Source of the DNA: Candidatus Aenigmatarchaeota archaeon
Lineage (GTDB): Archaea; Aenigmatarchaeota; Aenigmatarchaeia; QMZP01; QMZT01
Assembly (NCBI GenBank): GCA_041489155.1
Contig: JBGPQP010000012.1
Location: 1 to 28,339 of the forward strand
Reading direction: 5' to 3'
DNA: 28,339 bases
How positions within the stretch are numbered: position 1 is the first letter of the stretch; each line of letters opens with the position of its first letter. The notes under the pieces were generated by a model. The model was given only the letters and a program-made list of their open reading frames with translations, was not told where the DNA came from and searched no databases. The translations under genes were made by a program, and so were the position numbers. Below are positions 26,664-28,339 of this stretch, one piece after another.

Positions 26664-27321
26664 GCCTCATCGCCTCGAACAATATCCTGTAATATGGCTC
26701 CGCGCCGTATATAATGACGTGCTTTCTCGCAAGCTCCTTCCCGTAATTGAACCCGCCGTTCGTCAGCATCAGGTAAAACTCTTCGCGCGTGAATACGAAG
26801 CCATGGGTCTCCGGTATCATAAGTTCGCCTTCCTTCAGCGCGATTTCATACTCGGTCTTGGGTTCGCCGTCCGGTATAATTATTGCAACATCCACGTCAG
26901 AAGCCGGCTTTTGCTTCCCTTCAGCGTAGCTTCCGCCGACGATGAGGCTGAAGAACGGACTCTTTATCTTTTCCATTATCCTGGCTATGTTTTTCACCGG
27001 AAGGTCGCTCCTTTCCTTCGCCGCCAGCGATTCGAGAAAGGCAAGATAAATGATGTTGGAACCGTTTTCATAGTTGATAAAATACGTGTTGGTATTGCCT
27101 TTCCTTTTTTCCTCAAGTATTCCAAGCGAGGCGAATTTTTTCAGCGCATCGAAAACATAGTGATGCGACCTGTTTTCAGTAATCCGTTTTATTTCGGTTA
27201 TGGTGAATTCCCTCCACGGCTCCTTCACGAACGGCCTCAGCAGAAGAAGCTCGTTTTTCACCAGCCCCCTCGCCAGCCCCGCCAGTCTCGCCAGTCCACT
27301 TTTATGGATAGTTCTGTCCAT
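26647..27321 (-). CDS. wHTH-fused minimal nucleotidyltransferase (MNT antitoxin)
   Basis: N-terminal wHTH (FTITEIKR...VFDALKKF...GILEEKRKG), GGSYAEG....SDVDV; GTG at 27261 is an alternative start. Confidence 0.88.
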   Translation of the reverse strand: MDRTIHKSGLARLAGLARGLVKNELLLLRPFVKEPWREFTITEIKRITENRSHHYVFDALKKFASLGILEEKRKGNTNTYFINYENGSNIIYLAFLESLAAKERSDLPVKNIARIMEKIKSPFFSLIVGGSYAEGKQKPASDVDVAIIIPDGEPKTEYEIALKEGELMIPETHGFVFTREEFYLMLTNGGFNYGKELARKHVIIYGAEPYYRILFEAMRHGFKG

Positions 27322-27335
27322 ATTAATGGATAGTT
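27294..27335. promoter_or_regulatory. Tandem palindromic operator over the MNT start
   Basis: GTCCACTTTTATGGATAGTT and GTCCATATTAATGGATAGTT (17/20, 22-bp period), each containing TCCA-N6-TGGA. Confidence 0.65.
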
Positions 27336-27366
27336 AACAGTCTTTAAATACTTTAGCAGCATTCAC

Positions 27367-27401
27367 TTCACATTCTCCTGCCACACGCCGAAGGCCTTTT
27401 T
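27367..27401 (-). repeat. Direct repeat copy D: remnant 3' end of the same gene
   Basis: 21-nt identical core ATTCTCCTGCCACACGCCGAA; minus strand reads ...SKKTKKAFGVWQENVK*. Confidence 0.88.
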
Positions 27402-27476
27402 CGTCTTCTTACTCAGAATTGGGAAGGCGATGTTTAAACGCTGGTTTTTTAAAGTAATAAAATTATCATTAAGCGT

Positions 27477-28339
27477 ATGAATTTGTCAGAATTTAATGCT
27501 AGAATGAGAGCAGAAGTTGAAACATACAAACAAAGTTACAGAAAAGATAATTCTGCTTTCCTGATTTGGTTTTTAAGAAATATTTTCTGTCTTGATGAAC
27601 AAACTGCAGTAGATAGCGTTTGTGATGGTTCAAATGATAAAGGTATCGATGGAATTTGGGTTGATGATGAATCAGAGGAAATATATGTTTTTCAATCGAA
27701 ATTTTCTCCACAAAATAATCGTGATGAAGGGGATTCTGATATCAAAAAATTTGTTGGCGTTAAATCTTGGTTTTTAAAGGATCAGATTAGTAAATTGTTT
27801 GTTAGTTTAGCTAATGAAGAGCTAAAACAACTTTTAATTACCCTTAAAATTGAAGAAAAAATTGCTAGTCAATACTCTGTAATTTTAATTTATGTAACGA
27901 ATAAGATATTCGATAAAAATGCAAATGAATATATAGAAACTTGCTCAAATTTGGAGTTCTATGATAATAAATCATTGTTTGAAAAATATACGTATATAGT
28001 TGAGAAAGAAGTTAAAAATACACCAAAAATATTGAATGTTCCAAATACCACTGCAATTGAATATCAACAAGTCCCTGGAAATGAATCCATTGTCTTGCCC
28101 ATTCAGGCGAATCAACTGTTAAAATTAGATGGAATTCAAGATCATACATTATTTTCAAGAAACGTTCGATACTGGGCTGGACGAACAAGAGTAAATAAGG
28201 GGATTGCTGCTACAATCAAAGATTCTCATGAACATCAGAAGTTTTTCTTATATCATAATGGAGTTACAATCGTATGCAGCAATTATAAATTTGATAGGGA
28301 TAGAAAACAGATTAATTTAGAAGGATATCAAGTTATTAA
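27477..28339 (+). CDS. AIPR family protein (abortive infection/RM-associated), 3' partial; absent from the supplied ORF track
   Basis: My translation: MNLSEFNARM...DGSNDKGIDGIWVD...VFQSKF (nuclease-like N-domain)...LFSRNVRYWAG..RVNKGI..TI...FFLYHNGVTIVC...YQVI; very AT-rich. Confidence 0.85.
   Translation, partial: MNLSEFNARMRAEVETYKQSYRKDNSAFLIWFLRNIFCLDEQTAVDSVCDGSNDKGIDGIWVDDESEEIYVFQSKFSPQNNRDEGDSDIKKFVGVKSWFLKDQISKLFVSLANEELKQLLITLKIEEKIASQYSVILIYVTNKIFDKNANEYIETCSNLEFYDNKSLFEKYTYIVEKEVKNTPKILNVPNTTAIEYQQVPGNESIVLPIQANQLLKLDGIQDHTLFSRNVRYWAGRTRVNKGIAATIKDSHEHQKFFLYHNGVTIVCSNYKFDRDRKQINLEGYQVI

Noticed and set aside
27261..27294. Short CTGGCG(A/G)G repeats (LARLAGLARG) near the MNT N-terminus
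   Set aside because: Only 3-4 degenerate units; no supportable function, and it may be untranslated if GTG 27261 is the start.
1..28339. CRISPR array, tRNA/rRNA genes, transposase, integrase, or reverse transcriptase (DGR/retron)
   Set aside because: No regularly spaced repeats, RNA-gene structure or catalytic motifs seen. The repeat mismatches are not confined to adenines, so they are not a DGR TR/VR pair.

Overview
Archaeal chromosomal segment, most likely from a DPANN-type lineage (inferred from TATA-box promoters directly ahead of start codons, GGTGA/GGAGG ribosome-binding sites, archaeal AspRS/AsnRS/RNase HII/MC1, and class III signal-peptide pilins). In order it carries: sugar nucleotidyltransferase, rpiB/rpe/tal, UDP-sugar dehydrogenase, MC1 chromatin protein, a type IV pilin-like cluster plus a coiled-coil protein, RNase HII, an asnS-asnA <> Lrp/AsnC-aspS Asp/Asn module, a thiM-thiE-thiC-thiL operon led by a coiled-coil gene, and a defence/TA island (AbiEi-AbiEii, HEPN with wHTH-MNT, partial AIPR). 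Single ORFans with their own promoters sit between the core genes. The most striking unexplained structure is that both TA modules are bracketed by diverged direct repeats made of host-gene ends. The AbiE pair is flanked by two copies of a divergent promoter region that includes the first codons of both neighbouring genes. The HEPN-MNT pair is flanked by two copies of the last codons (KKAFGVWQEN) of a gene that is not in the window. No integrase or transposase is present, and aspS shows an abrupt codon-usage switch in its last 42 codons. Together these suggest cassette accretion anchored on gene termini (inference). All alignments and counts were made by eye; no database searches were run.
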